The position numbers and the translations under genes are program-made. The notes below the pieces were generated by a model. It saw nothing but the letters and a program-made list of their open reading frames with translations, searched no databases and was not told the DNA's origin. From NCBI GenBank assembly GCA_002295705.1, contig DBHP01000091.1, positions 43,971-107,970 on the forward strand: a stretch of 64,000 nt of DNA. The letters run 5' to 3'. Below, one piece after another: positions 41,008-51,586 of the stretch. The number at the start of each line of letters is the position of its first letter. The first letter of the stretch is position 1. Source of the stretch: Candidatus Neomicrothrix sp. UBA825. GTDB taxonomy: Bacteria; Actinomycetota; Acidimicrobiia; Acidimicrobiales; UBA8592.

Positions 41008-42088
41008 CTAGCTCATCTCTATGTATAAGCTCACTTGGTTGTATATCTTTTGCTTCACTCACGTCCTCGCTTAGGGAATCTTTAAGTTGAGAAGAACTAT
41101 AGGAAACTAAACCACGCGCAATAAGTTCCGATTTCTCATTTAGGATTTCTACGGCATCGCCTCTATCGAATGCCCCATGCATCTCAAGAACGCCAACTGC
41201 TAAAAGAGATCCACCATTTTCTTCAATCGCTCTTTGTGCGCCCTTATCAATCACTAGCTTTCCTTTCGGCTGAACCGCAAAAGCTATCCATAGTTTTCGA
41301 GCCGACAAGGGTTTTGGTTTTGGATGGATGATAGTCCCTGACTCCCCTACTTGAAGTAGTGAGTCTGCTACAACGTTGAGTCGTGTAGCGGCTGCGATTG
41401 TTGTGGTCACGCCAGCCCACGAGGCCATTTTCGCAGCGGCTAATTTGGACTCCATTCCACCGCTTCCCAAATTACCTGAAGCGCCTCCAACCACTGCATC
41501 TATTCTGTCGATTGATCCTATTTCTCGAATTAATTTAACATTATCAGAGGTTTTTTTCTTTGGGTCTTGAGAATAGATCCCATCAGTATCAGTAAGCATT
41601 AACAGTTGATCCGCGTTAAGGAGTTGGGCTAATAGGGCAGCTATCCTATCGTTATCACCCCAGCGTATAGCGTCATCGGCTATGGCATCATTTTCGTTAA
41701 CTATTGGAAGGATTCCAGAGATTAAGAGCTCCTCAACCGTTGATCGAGCGTGTAAGTATCGTTTGCGGACAAAGAAATCGTCAGGTGCCATTAACAACTG
41801 GGCGATAGAAATATTATGCTTTGAGAAGCTGTCAGCATATGTGGCCATTAATTTTGGCTGACCGATTGCTGATGCTGCTTGTAAAACCCGAGAATCTGTG
41901 GGGCGTCTGCCTACGTAGCCAAGATCAGCAAGACCGGCACCTATTGCGCCACTGCTAACGAGAACGATGTCAGAAAAGTCTTGTTTAGCGATTGCGATTT
42001 CTTTTGTTAGTTTATCAATGGCAATCTCACTAATTGAGCCATCGGGTTTGGTTAACGAAGAAGTTCCGATTTTTACAATGACTGTCAC
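40982..42088 (-). CDS. proB: Glutamate 5-kinase
   Basis: VKIGTSSLT, VSSGAI, NEND, GDND and GGMESK; PUA domain. Confidence 0.95.
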   Translation of the reverse strand: MTVIVKIGTSSLTKPDGSISEIAIDKLTKEIAIAKQDFSDIVLVSSGAIGAGLADLGYVGRRPTDSRVLQAASAIGQPKLMATYADSFSKHNISIAQLLMAPDDFFVRKRYLHARSTVEELLISGILPIVNENDAIADDAIRWGDNDRIAALLAQLLNADQLLMLTDTDGIYSQDPKKKTSDNVKLIREIGSIDRIDAVVGGASGNLGSGGMESKLAAAKMASWAGVTTTIAAATRLNVVADSLLQVGESGTIIHPKPKPLSARKLWIAFAVQPKGKLVIDKGAQRAIEENGGSLLAVGVLEMHGAFDRGDAVEILNEKSELIARGLVSYSSSQLKDSLSEDVSEAKDIQPSELIHRDELVILSENLY

Positions 42089-42137
42089 TTATTCATTCTT
42101 GCAGAATTGCATGTGAAAGTCTTTTATTTAGCTTTGC

Positions 42138-43394
42138 TCAATCAATCCAATGTTCATCGTCGTCCATGTATTCAAACTGCAGTTCGCCAATTTGCACGTA
42201 GTGACCTTGTCTAATACCTGCTTTGCGGAGAGCCTTATTCACCCCTATCTTCTCAAGGGTAAATTGAATGTATTCAAGCGCTTCGCTATTTGTTAGGTCA
42301 TTTAAAGAAACCGCTCTTTCTGCTTGACGACCTTTGACTATAAACATATTTCCTTCCCTCAATACAGAAATTCCTTTTGGCAGGGGACGATGAATAACTA
42401 TTTCATCAGAGTTGGTGGTCTCAGCTTCTCGTGCTTGCTTTACAAGAAGTTCAAGTTTGTATTTCATCTCTTGAACACCTTCTCCGGTAACAGACGAAAT
42501 CATTAGGGAACCTTCCAAGGGATCTTGAGTCGCGACATCAGCCTTGGATGAAATCAACAGCCGGGGACGGTCTAACAGCTCCGGTTTGTAGTTCTTTAGT
42601 TCTTTTAAAAGTATCTCCAATTGGCTGTGTGCTTCACGTCCGTCGTAGGGTGAAAGATCCAGAAGGATTGCCAACACTCGAGCTCTTTCAACATGTCGAA
42701 GAAACTGATGACCTAGGCCCTTTCCGTCTGCGGCTCCCTCAATCAACCCAGGAATGTCCGCAATCACCATTTCAAACTCTTCGTTCCCTTTCACGACTCC
42801 GAGGTTTGGAACCAGCGTTGTAAAGGGATAGTCAGCAATTTTCGGCTTAGCAGCTGAAACACGAGAAATAAGCGTGCTTTTGCCTACATTAGGAAAGCCT
42901 ACTAAGGCGACATCAGCTAATAGCTTCAGCTCTAGATTTAACCATTGTTCCTCTCCATGCTCTCCTTGTTCAGCAAAACTTGGAGCTCTTCGCCTATTAC
43001 TTAAGAACCTAGTATTACCTTTACCGCCTCGTCCGCCAGCAGCTGCCAACCATTTCGCCCCCGTTGAGGAAAGATCAGCGAGTACGTTGCCTTTGGAATC
43101 TTTAACCAAAGTGCCTACAGGAACATTAATTAACTCTGAACTTCCATTTGCACCGTGTCGACGCTTGCCACTTCCGTGCTTGCCATTGTCAGCCTTCCGA
43201 TGAGGATAATCTCGAAAAGCCAATAAGGATGCTACGTTATGGTCTGCTACTAACCATATATCACCTCCGTTACCACCATCTCCACCATCCGGACCCCCTC
43301 GGTCAACGTGAGCCTCTCGACGAAATGAAACGCATCCAGCGCCGCCGTCGCCGGCTTTTACATTGAGGCCACATTCGTCAACAAAGTTAGACAT
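42138..43394 (-). CDS. obgE: GTPase ObgE
   Basis: FVDE, glycine-rich Obg fold, GFPNVGKST, YPFTTL and DIPGLIEGA. Confidence 0.97.
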   Translation of the reverse strand: MSNFVDECGLNVKAGDGGAGCVSFRREAHVDRGGPDGGDGGNGGDIWLVADHNVASLLAFRDYPHRKADNGKHGSGKRRHGANGSSELINVPVGTLVKDSKGNVLADLSSTGAKWLAAAGGRGGKGNTRFLSNRRRAPSFAEQGEHGEEQWLNLELKLLADVALVGFPNVGKSTLISRVSAAKPKIADYPFTTLVPNLGVVKGNEEFEMVIADIPGLIEGAADGKGLGHQFLRHVERARVLAILLDLSPYDGREAHSQLEILLKELKNYKPELLDRPRLLISSKADVATQDPLEGSLMISSVTGEGVQEMKYKLELLVKQAREAETTNSDEIVIHRPLPKGISVLREGNMFIVKGRQAERAVSLNDLTNSEALEYIQFTLEKIGVNKALRKAGIRQGHYVQIGELQFEYMDDDEHWID

Positions 43395-43440
43395 GGAGGA
43401 TATTCTACTAATTTATTTGACTGGAGGAGAGAAATTTAAG

Positions 43441-43692
43441 TTAGTCAGGAAGGACGTCTACAAGTTTTCTTCCACGTCGGCTGCCGAATTTAACGCGACC
43501 ATTGACGGTTGCGAATAGTGTATCATCCCCACCTCTGCGCACATTCAGACCGGGGTGAAACTTGGTTCCTCTCTGCCGGACGATAATAGAGCCGGCTGAC
43601 ACTGCCGTACCGTCATAGGCCTTAACGCCAAGCCGCTGGGCGTTGGAATCTCTACCATTTCGCGTTGAGCCGCCACCTTTTGTTTTCGACAT
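43441..43692 (-). CDS. rpmA: 50S ribosomal protein L27
   Basis: [18 protein letters not shown] and IIVRQRGT. Confidence 0.98.
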   Translation of the reverse strand: MSKTKGGGSTRNGRDSNAQRLGVKAYDGTAVSAGSIIVRQRGTKFHPGLNVRRGGDDTLFATVNGRVKFGSRRGRKLVDVLPD

Positions 43693-44003
43693 TATTTGTT
43701 CCTTGATATTGATGTGATTTTGATTTCGTTGTAGTTCTGACGATGACCCCAGCGTCGACGCTGATTACTTTTATTTTTGTAGGTAAACCCTGTAACTTTT
43801 TTTGATTTTCCTCTGTCGACTATCTCAGCGTTTACGTTTACGTTTTCCAATTCACTTGGTTTCGCAAGGACTGTTTTCCCATCTACTAGCATTAACGGTG
43901 TAAGAGATATAGATTCTCCTATATCGCCCAAAAGCTCAACTTGAAGGACTTGGTTTTCCTCAACGCGATATTGTTTTCCACCTGTTTTTACTACTGCATA
44001 CAT
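43692..44003 (-). CDS. rplU: 50S ribosomal protein L21
   Basis: [14 protein letters not shown]...GHRQ. Confidence 0.97.
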   Translation of the reverse strand: MYAVVKTGGKQYRVEENQVLQVELLGDIGESISLTPLMLVDGKTVLAKPSELENVNVNAEIVDRGKSKKVTGFTYKNKSNQRRRWGHRQNYNEIKITSISRNK

Positions 44004-44061
44004 ATTTGCATGATATTCGGTTTACTCCGAAATACCGACTATTCTCTCAAAAGCTTGTTTA

Positions 44062-45582
44062 TTATTCATGCGCTTTGGTGAATGTTTGTGTTAGCCCTTC
44101 GCCGATTCTTTTTCTTGTCATTTCAACTAGTCCAAGTTCCGAAATTCCAAAGACCTGAGTACGAGTTTTATCTCTTGCTAGCTCTGCACGGAATGTTTTC
44201 ATAACCTCATTTCGATGTTCAGCTTTCTCCATATCTACGAAGTCGATGACAATAATTCCTCCGATATCCCTGAGGCGTAGCTGGTGGGCTACTTCTTTAG
44301 CTGCTTCAAGATTGTTGCGATAGACAGTTTCCTCCAAGCTTGAGGTTCCCACGTTCTTTCCTGTGTTCACATCAATCACAGTAAGCGCCTCCGTATGTTC
44401 AATGATTAACGAACCTCCTGACGGAAGCCAGACCTTGCTGTCAAGAGCTTTAGCCAACTGCTCTTCTACATAAAAGCGCTCGAATAGGTCAACATCCTCG
44501 ATAGCACTGTCATGATATTCAATACGTTCCGCAAGAGCGGGAGCAACTGTTGCTAAGTACGATTTAGCTTCCTCAAATAGCTCGGCATCATCAATGATGA
44601 CTGATCGATATTCCTTATTAAATTCCTCTCTAATCATTCGGAAAGGCATCTCAGGCTCTCGGTAAAGCAGTTTAGGAGTCGTCGCTTTTGAGCACTGTTT
44701 TTCGATTTCTAACCATTGATTGATTAGGCGTGACACGTCTTGCTCAATCTCTTCTTTCGTTATGTGTTGGGCAGCAGTTCGGACAATAACACCATGTTCT
44801 GCCGGTTTTGCCTTCTCCAGAATTTGACGCAGTCGCTTCCGTTCCTTTTCTGGCAACCTTTTTGAAATCCCAAATGTTTCAGTATTTGGAACAAGGACTA
44901 CGAATCTACCGGCCAGGGAAATTTCTTGAGTTAATCTCGCACCTTTGTGCGCAATTGGATTCTTAGTAACTTGACATAAGATTGATTCTTTGTTCTTTAG
45001 TGCTTCTTCGATTCGTGTTGTTTCGTTTGATTTACTTGAGGCATTCTTTATCAGATCACTTTGATAGAGGACCGCATTTTTAGGAGTCCCGATATCAACA
45101 AATGCTGCTTCCATCCCTGGAAGAACATTCTCTACTTTCCCCATGTAGATGTTTCCATGAATTTCACTGATATCATCTGCGGGTCGTGAGACGTAGAATT
45201 CAATCAGTGATCGCCCTTCAAGCATTGCTATCTGAGTTACATTATCCTCTACGTGAACCACCATTGTGTAACGCCCCACAGCCTTACCTTTACGCTCTCG
45301 TCCTCGACGTTTTTTTAAAGTTTCGTCATCAAGTTCAACAGAAATATTAGCTGTATTCTCGCGACTTGAGTTCCCAGACTTTGACCGGCGTCGTTTACGC
45401 TTCTTTTTCCCTTGCGAACCAGTTTTTGGTGCGTTTGGCGCTGGTCTTGAATCTCCTATCTTGGGTTTAGCGTAACCAGATCCATTTTCGGAGTTTGATT
45501 CCAGTTTTTGGGAATTATTCTCCGGTTCTACTTTACCTGCTTGCGCATTTGTGTCTTTTTCACGATTCTCTTGTTCGTCCAT
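44062..45582 (-). CDS. rne: Rne/Rng family ribonuclease
   Basis: GNIYMGKV, MEAAFVDIG, KGARLT, IDVNTG and LRDIGGIIVIDFVDM; basic disordered N-terminus; start placed at ATG 45582. Confidence 0.92.
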   Translation of the reverse strand: MDEQENREKDTNAQAGKVEPENNSQKLESNSENGSGYAKPKIGDSRPAPNAPKTGSQGKKKRKRRRSKSGNSSRENTANISVELDDETLKKRRGRERKGKAVGRYTMVVHVEDNVTQIAMLEGRSLIEFYVSRPADDISEIHGNIYMGKVENVLPGMEAAFVDIGTPKNAVLYQSDLIKNASSKSNETTRIEEALKNKESILCQVTKNPIAHKGARLTQEISLAGRFVVLVPNTETFGISKRLPEKERKRLRQILEKAKPAEHGVIVRTAAQHITKEEIEQDVSRLINQWLEIEKQCSKATTPKLLYREPEMPFRMIREEFNKEYRSVIIDDAELFEEAKSYLATVAPALAERIEYHDSAIEDVDLFERFYVEEQLAKALDSKVWLPSGGSLIIEHTEALTVIDVNTGKNVGTSSLEETVYRNNLEAAKEVAHQLRLRDIGGIIVIDFVDMEKAEHRNEVMKTFRAELARDKTRTQVFGISELGLVEMTRKRIGEGLTQTFTKAHE

Positions 45583-45598
45583 CTTTTCTTTTCCCTTC

Positions 45599-46315
45599 TC
45601 ATGGTGAACACAGTTCCAAATCAAAGTCGAGACAATCTCCCAAATCGAGTGGATCTATTTGATTATCCCCTGTGTCAATAAATTGTTTTAAACGCCGCAG
45701 CTTAACCATGGTTAGGTTTGGTTCAGCTGATGTTAAGAATTCACTTGGCCGCAAAGATCTTGGCTGAGTTTTTAATTCTGCTTGTATGATCGGTCTTTTC
45801 ATTAAAGTGCTTTCCAAAAGCTCAATTTCACGGATATACGGGCGGATATCATCAACTACTTTCTTTCCTTTACGAGTTCGTTCAACTATTAATTCTTTAG
45901 AATTAAGAACTAGATTCACCCATTTATTCACTACTTCTATATTTTCTTTAACTTGAATCTCCCAAACTGTTGAGGTCACAGATTGTTGAAGAGAGATATA
46001 TTTACTCTGCATTTTTACCATTCCTGTGATCGCAATTCCTTCGGGGAGTACTTTAGTTAAGACTTCTGGTATTGATGAGATGTTTGAAGTCTCATATTTT
46101 TGATCGTCTAAATGAAAATCAAGGTATTCACATTCTGACTCGGCACCGGTAGGTAAAGCCAAGCCAAATGCAATTTTAGGTCTTGGGGAGAAACCTTCAC
46201 TGTATACCAGTGGAATTTCTGCACGGCGAAGTGACCTTTCCCATACTTTTGCTATGTCTCTATGACTCGCAAATCTAATTTTTCCAACTTTGGTCGTTTG
46301 TAGCCGTAGTATCAT
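45599..46315 (-). CDS. Radical SAM-associated protein (DUF2344/TIGR03936-like)
   Basis: RFASHRD, WERSLRRA and YSEGFSPRPKIAFGLALPTG; start placed at ATG 46315. Confidence 0.88.
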   Translation of the reverse strand: MILRLQTTKVGKIRFASHRDIAKVWERSLRRAEIPLVYSEGFSPRPKIAFGLALPTGAESECEYLDFHLDDQKYETSNISSIPEVLTKVLPEGIAITGMVKMQSKYISLQQSVTSTVWEIQVKENIEVVNKWVNLVLNSKELIVERTRKGKKVVDDIRPYIREIELLESTLMKRPIIQAELKTQPRSLRPSEFLTSAEPNLTMVKLRRLKQFIDTGDNQIDPLDLGDCLDFDLELCSP

Positions 46316-46316
46316 T

Positions 46317-48266
46317 TTATCTAGCTTTACTTGAGATCTGCAGAAGTTGGGGGGCGAAGCTTCCATTGTCAAGGTCTTGCCATGTACCTTGACTGCCACC
46401 GACTGGAGGCGACGTTGAAGCGACCACATGGTCCAATCCGTAGCCGGTACATGCGCCGCAATCATAGCAAGGCGTCCATCTGCAATCTTCTAGTCCTTTT
46501 TCCTCAAGGGCATCTCGCCATTCCTGCCATAGGAAGTCCTTATACAGTCCGGCATCTAGGTGATCCCATGGAAGAGGCTCTTCAACATTTCGGTGTCGGT
46601 ATGCAAACCATTCGTATTCTAGGTCCGCCTTTTCCATTGCAGAGATCCACAAATCGAGATTGAAATATTCGCTCCATTCTTGGAAAGTTCCTCCTGTAGA
46701 CCACACTTCTTTTAAGACTTCTCCAAGTCTCCTGTCACCTCGACTTAATATTCCCTCCACTAATGTTGCCTTGGGGTCATGCCATTTAAGTTTCACTCCT
46801 TTTGTTTTCCGAACTTCGTCTTTTAGCATGTGTACTTTTCGGTTCAGTTCTTCGAGGGTGTTCTGCCCGAACCATTGGAAAGGAGTGAAGGGCTTGGGGA
46901 CAAATCCCCCGACACTTACCGTAACTGATGCAGCACTCGTGTAGCGTTTCCCGATCGCAACACAGTTTGCAGCCAAACGTGCTATTCCGAGAGTATCTTC
47001 GTCGGTTTCTGTTGGTAGCCCTATTAGGAAGTAAAGTTTCATTCTTCGCCAACCCTGTGAGAATGCTGATTCAACCGCTCCATACAGATCTTCTTCGCGG
47101 ATTAGTTTGTTTATGACTTGCCTCATCCTCCATGTCCCCGCCTCTGGAGCAAAAGTTAACCCTGTTCGCCGTGCATTTTGTATGCTCGCAGCGATATCTA
47201 CTGTGAATGCGTCTACGCGCAAAGATGGAAGCGAGATGCTCACTTGACCGCAATTTACTGGGTCAGCGACAGTTTCTTCTACCACATCTTTTATACCGCT
47301 GTAATCTGCCGTGGAAAGAGACGTCAACGCTACCTCATCATATCCTGTTCGCTTTAGGCCCGACTGGATCATAGTTCGTACCTGCTCATCAGATCTTTCT
47401 CTGACAGGCCTGGTAATCATTCCTGCTTGGCAAAACCGGCAACCTCGTGTGCAACCTCTGAATACTTCCACATTCAATCGGTCGTGTACTACTTCAGTAA
47501 TAGGAACTAATTGCTCTTTAGGATAGGGCCACTCTTCAAGATCAATGATGGTTCTCTTTTCGATAAGTTCTGGCACTTCGTCATTGATAGGTTTTAGGAT
47601 CTGGGCGCCATTCATATCGTAAGTAGATTCGTACATGCTGGGAACATAGACACCTTCGATACGTGATAGCTCTAAAAGTAATTCATGCCGATTTTGCGAA
47701 ACGCTTTTGCTTGATTTGAACTGATGGATAACCCCCGTAATGTCAGAAACAACTTCTTCCCCGTCCCCCAATGCAAAGAAGTCCACGATATCTGCAAGTG
47801 GCTCAGGGTTATAGACACAATGTCCACCTGCTCCAATGAGGGGGTGCTTGCCATCTCGGTCCGAAGACATCACAGGTACACCTGCAAGGTCTAAGCAATT
47901 TATAAGATTGGTGTACACAAGCTCTGAGGACAGATTAAATGCAATCACATCGAATTCATTTGCTGGCCGGTGTGTATCCACGCTAAATAGCGGTATGCGC
48001 TCCCTTCGCATAATTTCCTCTAAATCAACCCACGGCGCATATGCTCGCTCTGCTTCTGCAATCGGAGACTCATTGAGGATCTCATACAGAATTTGCAATC
48101 CCTGATTAGGAAGGCCCACTTCGTAGACATCGGGGTATGTTAGCAACCATGCAACATTTGATTGCTTGTGTGATGGGGTCTGTGCACCTTGTTCAAGACC
48201 AATATAGCGTGCTGGCTTTTCGACTAGATCCAAGTAACCTTCGAGTGTTTGCCATATGGAGCTCAT
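46317..48266 (-). CDS. B12-binding-like radical SAM protein (TIGR03960-like)
   Basis: VEKPARY, YPDVYEVG, RGCTRGCRFCQAG, TFAPEAG, PKPFTPFQW and C-terminal DCRWTPCYDCGAC. Confidence 0.92.
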   Translation of the reverse strand: MSSIWQTLEGYLDLVEKPARYIGLEQGAQTPSHKQSNVAWLLTYPDVYEVGLPNQGLQILYEILNESPIAEAERAYAPWVDLEEIMRRERIPLFSVDTHRPANEFDVIAFNLSSELVYTNLINCLDLAGVPVMSSDRDGKHPLIGAGGHCVYNPEPLADIVDFFALGDGEEVVSDITGVIHQFKSSKSVSQNRHELLLELSRIEGVYVPSMYESTYDMNGAQILKPINDEVPELIEKRTIIDLEEWPYPKEQLVPITEVVHDRLNVEVFRGCTRGCRFCQAGMITRPVRERSDEQVRTMIQSGLKRTGYDEVALTSLSTADYSGIKDVVEETVADPVNCGQVSISLPSLRVDAFTVDIAASIQNARRTGLTFAPEAGTWRMRQVINKLIREEDLYGAVESAFSQGWRRMKLYFLIGLPTETDEDTLGIARLAANCVAIGKRYTSAASVTVSVGGFVPKPFTPFQWFGQNTLEELNRKVHMLKDEVRKTKGVKLKWHDPKATLVEGILSRGDRRLGEVLKEVWSTGGTFQEWSEYFNLDLWISAMEKADLEYEWFAYRHRNVEEPLPWDHLDAGLYKDFLWQEWRDALEEKGLEDCRWTPCYDCGACTGYGLDHVVASTSPPVGGSQGTWQDLDNGSFAPQLLQISSKAR

Positions 48267-48317
48267 TCACAGTCCCTTTCCGGTACCTTATCCTACTACC
48301 CAGAGAGCGTTATAGTA

Positions 48318-49472
48318 TTAAACAACCTGATATCGACGCATATGTATGTTGAGAACAAGGCCTACTCCAACGAAACAGGAAACTGCCGAGGACCCACCAT
48401 AGGATACAAAGGGTATTGGAATTCCTGTAATGGGCATTATCCCTAGCGTCATTCCTACTGACTGAAACATCTGGAAAGCAAAAAGTGTCAGTACGCCGCA
48501 ACATATCAAAGTTCCCAGTAAGTCCGGTGATTTCCGAGCTGTGCGCATGCAGCGCCACATTACGATAGCAAATAATGCTAATACGATGACAGATCCAACA
48601 AAGCCGAATTCTTCGCCGATAACGGAGAAAATAAAATCTGTGTGTTGTTCAGGAACAAACTCTCCACGCGTTTGTTGGCCTTGTCCAAAGCCTTGACCGG
48701 TTAATCCCCCACTTCCGATAGCAATTTGCGCTTGTGTTTGCTGGTACGCTGCTTCGGTCTGGCTGGAAGCAGGATCAATGAATGATGTGAGTCTGTCTTG
48801 CTGGTAGTCCTGCAGTACACCGCTGCTCCAAACTAATGCAGATAGGATTACGCCTACGACTGTGAGCACAAATATATGCCTCGTTTGTGCCCCTGCAACG
48901 AGCAACATTCCCATTGTTATGGCTATGAACACAAGAGCGGTGCCAACGTCTGTTTCTAACAGGATTAGTCCGATCGGGATTATACCTAGCAAAAGACCAT
49001 TACCTAATTGACGAGCATCCAAGCGCCCATTAAATCTCTCAAGGTAGTTAGCAAGCATGAAGATATAAGCAATTTTGCATAGTTCTGATGGCTGAAGTTG
49101 GAAGCTCCCAAATTCAAACCATGCTTTTGTTCCATTTCTCTCGACTCCAAGCGGCGTTAGGACCAGCAGAAGGAGGAACATTCCACCCCAGAAGACCGCA
49201 GGTACCCAATCTCGAATTCTTCGATAAGGGAAATAAGCTGCTGTAGCCATTGCTACTACTCCTGCTACGAGGAAAAGCAATTGTCGATTCAGGTATGCTC
49301 TGTCGTATGAGTCTGGATCATTTCCCCGAGTAGCACTGTAAACCATGAATGCCCCAATGATGGCTAGAGCAATACTGCTCAGCACGAGGGCTATATCTAC
49401 GTGTAGCCAAGGCGACCAAGGGTCACCAGTTGGGTTCAAATTAAGATTTTTTCGGTTTCTTCGAGTCTTCAC
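48318..49472 (-). CDS. rodA: Rod shape-determining protein RodA
   Basis: QPSE, DVGT, AIGSGG, PEQHTDFIF and PITGIPIPFVSYGGSS. Confidence 0.95.
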   Translation of the reverse strand: MKTRRNRKNLNLNPTGDPWSPWLHVDIALVLSSIALAIIGAFMVYSATRGNDPDSYDRAYLNRQLLFLVAGVVAMATAAYFPYRRIRDWVPAVFWGGMFLLLLVLTPLGVERNGTKAWFEFGSFQLQPSELCKIAYIFMLANYLERFNGRLDARQLGNGLLLGIIPIGLILLETDVGTALVFIAITMGMLLVAGAQTRHIFVLTVVGVILSALVWSSGVLQDYQQDRLTSFIDPASSQTEAAYQQTQAQIAIGSGGLTGQGFGQGQQTRGEFVPEQHTDFIFSVIGEEFGFVGSVIVLALFAIVMWRCMRTARKSPDLLGTLICCGVLTLFAFQMFQSVGMTLGIMPITGIPIPFVSYGGSSAVSCFVGVGLVLNIHMRRYQVV

Positions 49473-51577
49473 GAACTACTATCTTCCTCATTTGTATTTT
49501 CCATTTCAGTAACCGGATTGAGCGATGACTTTACAGCCTGTTCTTTTGCTATTTCATCCTTTTCAGCTTGACTCAGAAAAGCAGGCACTCTTTCTAAAGC
49601 TATGCTCTCAAAATATCTTCTGATTACTGGTGCCGCTACCTGACCTCCGAAACCCGCCTCTTCAAGAACGACTACAGCCACATATTCTGGATCTGGATTA
49701 GGTCCCCATCCCACAAATAACCCGTAGTCTGCAATCAATGCATTTTCTACTTGTTTCTCAGAGGTTCCTGTCTTGCCTGAGACAGGCCACTGTTCGTGCG
49801 GAAAATCTTTGAAAGCATTATATGCAGTTCCTTCAGTTCCAATTTCCGAGCGCCATGTTGTTACAGCAGCGAGGCCCTCAAGTATCGGATCTGAAAATGC
49901 ATCTGGGAGAAAGATTTCTTTTAGTATTCTTGGAGCGAATTCAACTTGTGTCTCCCCCGTTATGGGGTCAAGAATGCGTTGCCCTAAGTTAGGTGCGTAA
50001 AGTGTCCCTCCATTAACTAATGCGGAATATGCATTTACGATTTGAAGCGGAGTTGCTAAAACATCCCCTTGACCAATTGAGGTATTCAAAGTATCACCTG
50101 TTAGCCACTGACCGGTGAGGAATGCTTCTGGGTTCTCACGATATGCGTCTCGCCGTGAGGCCGGGGTTGGAATTCTGCCGCTCCCTTCACCGGCAAGCGT
50201 GACTCCCGTTCGGCTACCATAGCCAAAACTTTTTGCCGCTACCTGCACTGATTCAAGGTCAAAGCCTGGAAGAATATCGAAGCTAGCGGCAAGGTTGTAG
50301 AAGTAAACATCTGATGAATACGTCAACGCCAACCTTAGATCAACATCGCCGTAGGCAGCTTCGCCTGCGTTTTGAAATCGGCAGGTTCCACCCTCACAAC
50401 TTGGAATTAGGAATACTCCTTCATCATAGAAGAAGTCGTCAATGCTCAAAATTCCGCGGGAACCTATTAACCCTGTATCGAGTGCTGCATAGGCAGTAAA
50501 AGGTTTAAATGTTGATCCAGGAGGATATGTTCCCTGTATGGCTCGGTTAAGAAGTGGAAGATAATTTCCAGGATCAGTGAGTTCGTCAAAATCGTCATTA
50601 CTTATCCCAGATACGAATAATTCAGGGTCAAATGATGGGTAAGAGGCCATAGCTACAATTGACCCGTTCCTTGGGTCCATCACGACCATTGCTCCCGCAG
50701 GTGCATTAAAGATCACGACTCCTTCTTCTTCAAACTTTGTTGGTTGTTGCTTAGCTATGGCTAACCCTCTGGCTAATTCTTGTTCGGCCAAAGCTTGAAG
50801 GTCTATATCGATTGTTAATTGAACATCGCTTCCCGCTTTGGCTGGAATTTCTTCATTGACTTCAAGAATATTGTTGAATTTGTCGACGGTAACTACTTTT
50901 GTTCCAGGCGTTCCTCGAAGTGCGTCCTCATAGAAGAGTTCAATTCCGCTTTTACCGATTTCATCGTTTGCCAGATATGTCTTTTCTTTAAGAGCGACAG
51001 AGGGCATTTCCTCTTCGCTGAGAAGACCGACATAGCCAAGAATATGTGCAGCTAACGAACCGTATGGATAGTCACGAACAGTCGTGACTGTTGTATTAAC
51101 TCCAGGGAATTTATATGAATACTCGGCAAGGTAAATTTGTAATTCCTCAGAAATGTCCTGAACCACTGGCACCTCAGCAAATGGCCCATACCTGTTGGAA
51201 CGATATGCTGAGTCGATTTCTTGCACTTTTGTAAGATTTCCAGAGCGACTTATTTCAGTAGCCAGATCAAAGAACAAGTCTTGCAAATCATCTGCAGCGA
51301 CTGTAGACATTTCTTCTTTGTCAATTGTGACTAAAATCGACGCCCTATTATCGACTAATACTCTTCCCTTTGCATCAAGAATTCTTCCACGTGGCGCAAG
51401 TTCAATTATAGTTTCGGTAGTGTTATCAGCCGCACGTTCGACAAAAGCGGTTTCCTTAATCACTTGCAGATACCAAAGTCTGGCAATCAAAGGTACGAAA
51501 AGTGAAATCGCTACTGCTGCGAGTACTGCCAGTCTTAATCTATGAGATTGAGGCAGATATCTTGAACTAACAGACAT
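49469..51577 (-). CDS. mrdA: Penicillin-binding protein 2
   Basis: APRGRILD, RDYPYG, STFK (SxxK), SSD (SxN-like) and KTGT. Confidence 0.94.
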   Translation of the reverse strand: MSVSSRYLPQSHRLRLAVLAAVAISLFVPLIARLWYLQVIKETAFVERAADNTTETIIELAPRGRILDAKGRVLVDNRASILVTIDKEEMSTVAADDLQDLFFDLATEISRSGNLTKVQEIDSAYRSNRYGPFAEVPVVQDISEELQIYLAEYSYKFPGVNTTVTTVRDYPYGSLAAHILGYVGLLSEEEMPSVALKEKTYLANDEIGKSGIELFYEDALRGTPGTKVVTVDKFNNILEVNEEIPAKAGSDVQLTIDIDLQALAEQELARGLAIAKQQPTKFEEEGVVIFNAPAGAMVVMDPRNGSIVAMASYPSFDPELFVSGISNDDFDELTDPGNYLPLLNRAIQGTYPPGSTFKPFTAYAALDTGLIGSRGILSIDDFFYDEGVFLIPSCEGGTCRFQNAGEAAYGDVDLRLALTYSSDVYFYNLAASFDILPGFDLESVQVAAKSFGYGSRTGVTLAGEGSGRIPTPASRRDAYRENPEAFLTGQWLTGDTLNTSIGQGDVLATPLQIVNAYSALVNGGTLYAPNLGQRILDPITGETQVEFAPRILKEIFLPDAFSDPILEGLAAVTTWRSEIGTEGTAYNAFKDFPHEQWPVSGKTGTSEKQVENALIADYGLFVGWGPNPDPEYVAVVVLEEAGFGGQVAAPVIRRYFESIALERVPAFLSQAEKDEIAKEQAVKSSLNPVTEMENTNEEDSSS

Positions 51578-51586
51578 TTTGATCCC

